Shown piece by piece: positions 46,809 to 48,207 of a DNA stretch of 48,207 bases. The stretch covers positions 1 to 48,207 of the forward strand of contig CAZJUC010000001.1 in assembly GCA_964549065.1 (NCBI GenBank), in the 5' to 3' direction. The notes beneath the pieces are model-generated. The model worked only from the letters and a program-made list of their open reading frames with translations, searched no databases and was not told the origin of the DNA. How positions within the stretch are numbered: the stretch's first letter is position 1; each line of letters starts with the position of its first letter. The translations under genes and the position numbers were made by a program. The stretch comes from an uncultured Ilumatobacteraceae bacterium (GTDB taxonomy: Bacteria > Actinomycetota > Acidimicrobiia > Acidimicrobiales > Ilumatobacteraceae).

Positions 46809-46841
46809 TCACGCCAGGGGTCAGACCCCAGGCGTGATCGA
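46806..46841 (+). repeat. 36-nt hairpin repeat, copy B (begins with the stop codon of the 131-aa ORF)
   Basis: TGATCACGCCAGGGGTCAGACCCCAGGCGTGATCGA. GATCACGCC (46807..46815) pairs perfectly with GGCGTGATC (46831..46839), and an inner GGGG/CCCC stem has a TCAGA loop. Confidence 0.7.
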
Positions 46842-46897
46842 CGTCGTCTGGGCGATGGTTGGGTTCGCGTCCGGCGTGGTCGGGTACCCTCGCCCGC

Positions 46898-48207
46898 GTG
46901 TCGTTGACCACAGAACAGGACCAGCTCGCCGTCTCGCTCATCCGGGGGATGGCGATGGACGGCCCCCTCGCCGCCAAGAGCGGCCATCAGGGCACTGCAA
47001 TGGCGCTCGCCCCGCTCGGCCATGTCCTCTACAGCCGGGTGATGCAGCACGACCCCGCCGATCCTGCGTGGCCCGACCGCGACCGGTTCGTGCTGTCCAA
47101 CGGGCACGCCTCGATCCTGCAGTATTCGCTGCTGTACCTGTGCGGCTACGGCCTCGAACTCGACGATCTCCGCAGTTTCCGCCAGTGGGAATCGTCGACC
47201 CCCGGCCATCCCGAGGCAGGCCACACCGCCGGCGTCGAGGTCACCACCGGCCCGTTGGGTCAGGGCTTCGCGAACGCCGTCGGCATGGCGATCGCCGAGG
47301 AGAACCTGCGCGCCCGATTCGGCACCGGCGCCCAGGACCACTTCACGTTCGTGATCGCCGGCGACGGCTGTCTGATGGAGGGCATCAGCCACGAGGCGGC
47401 GTCGCTCGCCGGCCACCTCGGGCTCGGCAAACTGATCTGCATCTTCGACGACAACCGGATCACGATCGACGGCCCCACGAACATGTCGACCGGCGACGAT
47501 GCTGCCATGCGGTTCCGTGCCTACGGCTGGGACGTGGTCGACCTCGGCGAGATGGCCGACGACCTCGACGGGCTCGAGTCGGCACTGAACGCTGCCAAGG
47601 AGCAGACCGCCAAGCCGTCGCTGCTGATCCTGCGCTCGCACATCGGTGAGCCGTCGCCGGACCACACCGACACCGCCGGCGCCCACGGCAATCCCTTCAG
47701 TGCCGACGACGTGACCCGCACCAAGGAGATCATGGGGATCCCCGATGAGCCGTTCTGGGCACCCGGCGATCTGGTCGCCGCCTACCGGAGCCACGTCGGC
47801 GACCGCGGCGCCGCAGCGCATCGTTCGTGGTCCGACGCCAGCGCCACCGTCACCGGGTCGGCCGAGTGGGCCGCAGCGTGGGCCGGTACCGGCACCGACG
47901 GCTGGGACGCGGACCTTCCGTCCTACGATCTCGGCGAGTCAGACGCCACTCGCAAGGCGATCCAGAAGGCGCTCGACGCCACCTACGACGGACTTCCCGG
48001 TCTGATCTCGGGCTCGGCCGACCTCACCGGCAGCAATGGCACCGGTCTCGCACGCACCACGGCATTCACCGCCGACGACCGCGGTGGCCGCTACGTGCAC
48101 TACGGCGTCCGCGAGCATGCGATGGGCGCAGCGCTCGTCGGAATGGCACAACACGGTGGCACGTTGCCGATCAGCGGCACGTTCTTCGTGTTCTCCGACT
48201 ACATGCG
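46898..48207 (+). CDS. tkt: transketolase, N-terminal ~436 aa; continues past the window end
   Basis: Not in the ORF track (no stop). GTG 46898 gives VSLTTEQDQLAVSLIRGMAMDGPLAAKSGHQGTAMALAPLGHVLY...DRDRFVLSNGHASILQYSLLYL.GY...TPGHPE...TTGPLGQGFANAVGMAIAE, a textbook transketolase. TTG 46859 is an alternative start. Confidence 0.93.
   Translation, partial: MSLTTEQDQLAVSLIRGMAMDGPLAAKSGHQGTAMALAPLGHVLYSRVMQHDPADPAWPDRDRFVLSNGHASILQYSLLYLCGYGLELDDLRSFRQWESSTPGHPEAGHTAGVEVTTGPLGQGFANAVGMAIAEENLRARFGTGAQDHFTFVIAGDGCLMEGISHEAASLAGHLGLGKLICIFDDNRITIDGPTNMSTGDDAAMRFRAYGWDVVDLGEMADDLDGLESALNAAKEQTAKPSLLILRSHIGEPSPDHTDTAGAHGNPFSADDVTRTKEIMGIPDEPFWAPGDLVAAYRSHVGDRGAAAHRSWSDASATVTGSAEWAAAWAGTGTDGWDADLPSYDLGESDATRKAIQKALDATYDGLPGLISGSADLTGSNGTGLARTTAFTADDRGGRYVHYGVREHAMGAALVGMAQHGGTLPISGTFFVFSDYM

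Overview
GC-rich Actinomycetota chromosomal segment (third codon positions almost all G/C, so most long ORFs in the track are antisense shadows). It is densely packed with about 55 protein genes. I found no rRNA, tRNA, CRISPR array, transposase or integrase. The backbone is the Pup-proteasome neighbourhood, syntenic with M. tuberculosis Rv2092c-Rv2118c: helY-tatC-tatA/B, pafA, prcA-prcB-pup-dop, mpa/arc and trmI. Here it is interrupted by lepB, pxpABC, hydrolases and TetR regulators, and it lacks pafBC. Other recognisable content: gcvP behind a tandem glycine riboswitch, a five-repeat PG-binding/M23 peptidase, a WhiB-like regulator, ribokinase, prmA, a DUF4193 hyper-acidic protein, a long ThyX-like protein, two tandem PBP4 (DacB) paralogs, an ADP-forming acyl-CoA synthetase, Ni-SOD sodN with its protease sodX, and the start of tkt. 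The best lead for something not yet characterised is a tightly translationally coupled minus-strand gene string (about 35.5-44.3 kb). It links a stand-alone LON-N domain protein and three small membrane/basic proteins to a ThiS-like ubiquitin-fold protein with a capped GG-AA tail, then a TtuA-type tRNA thiolase and TrmI, directly beside mpa. Smaller leads: a non-canonical Ni-hook in SodN, a 36-nt hairpin repeat that embeds stop codons, a perfect CRP-type palindrome, a long leader in front of the M23 hydrolase, and repeated G-rich 8-mers upstream of dop. All functional calls rest on motif recognition by eye; no database search was run.
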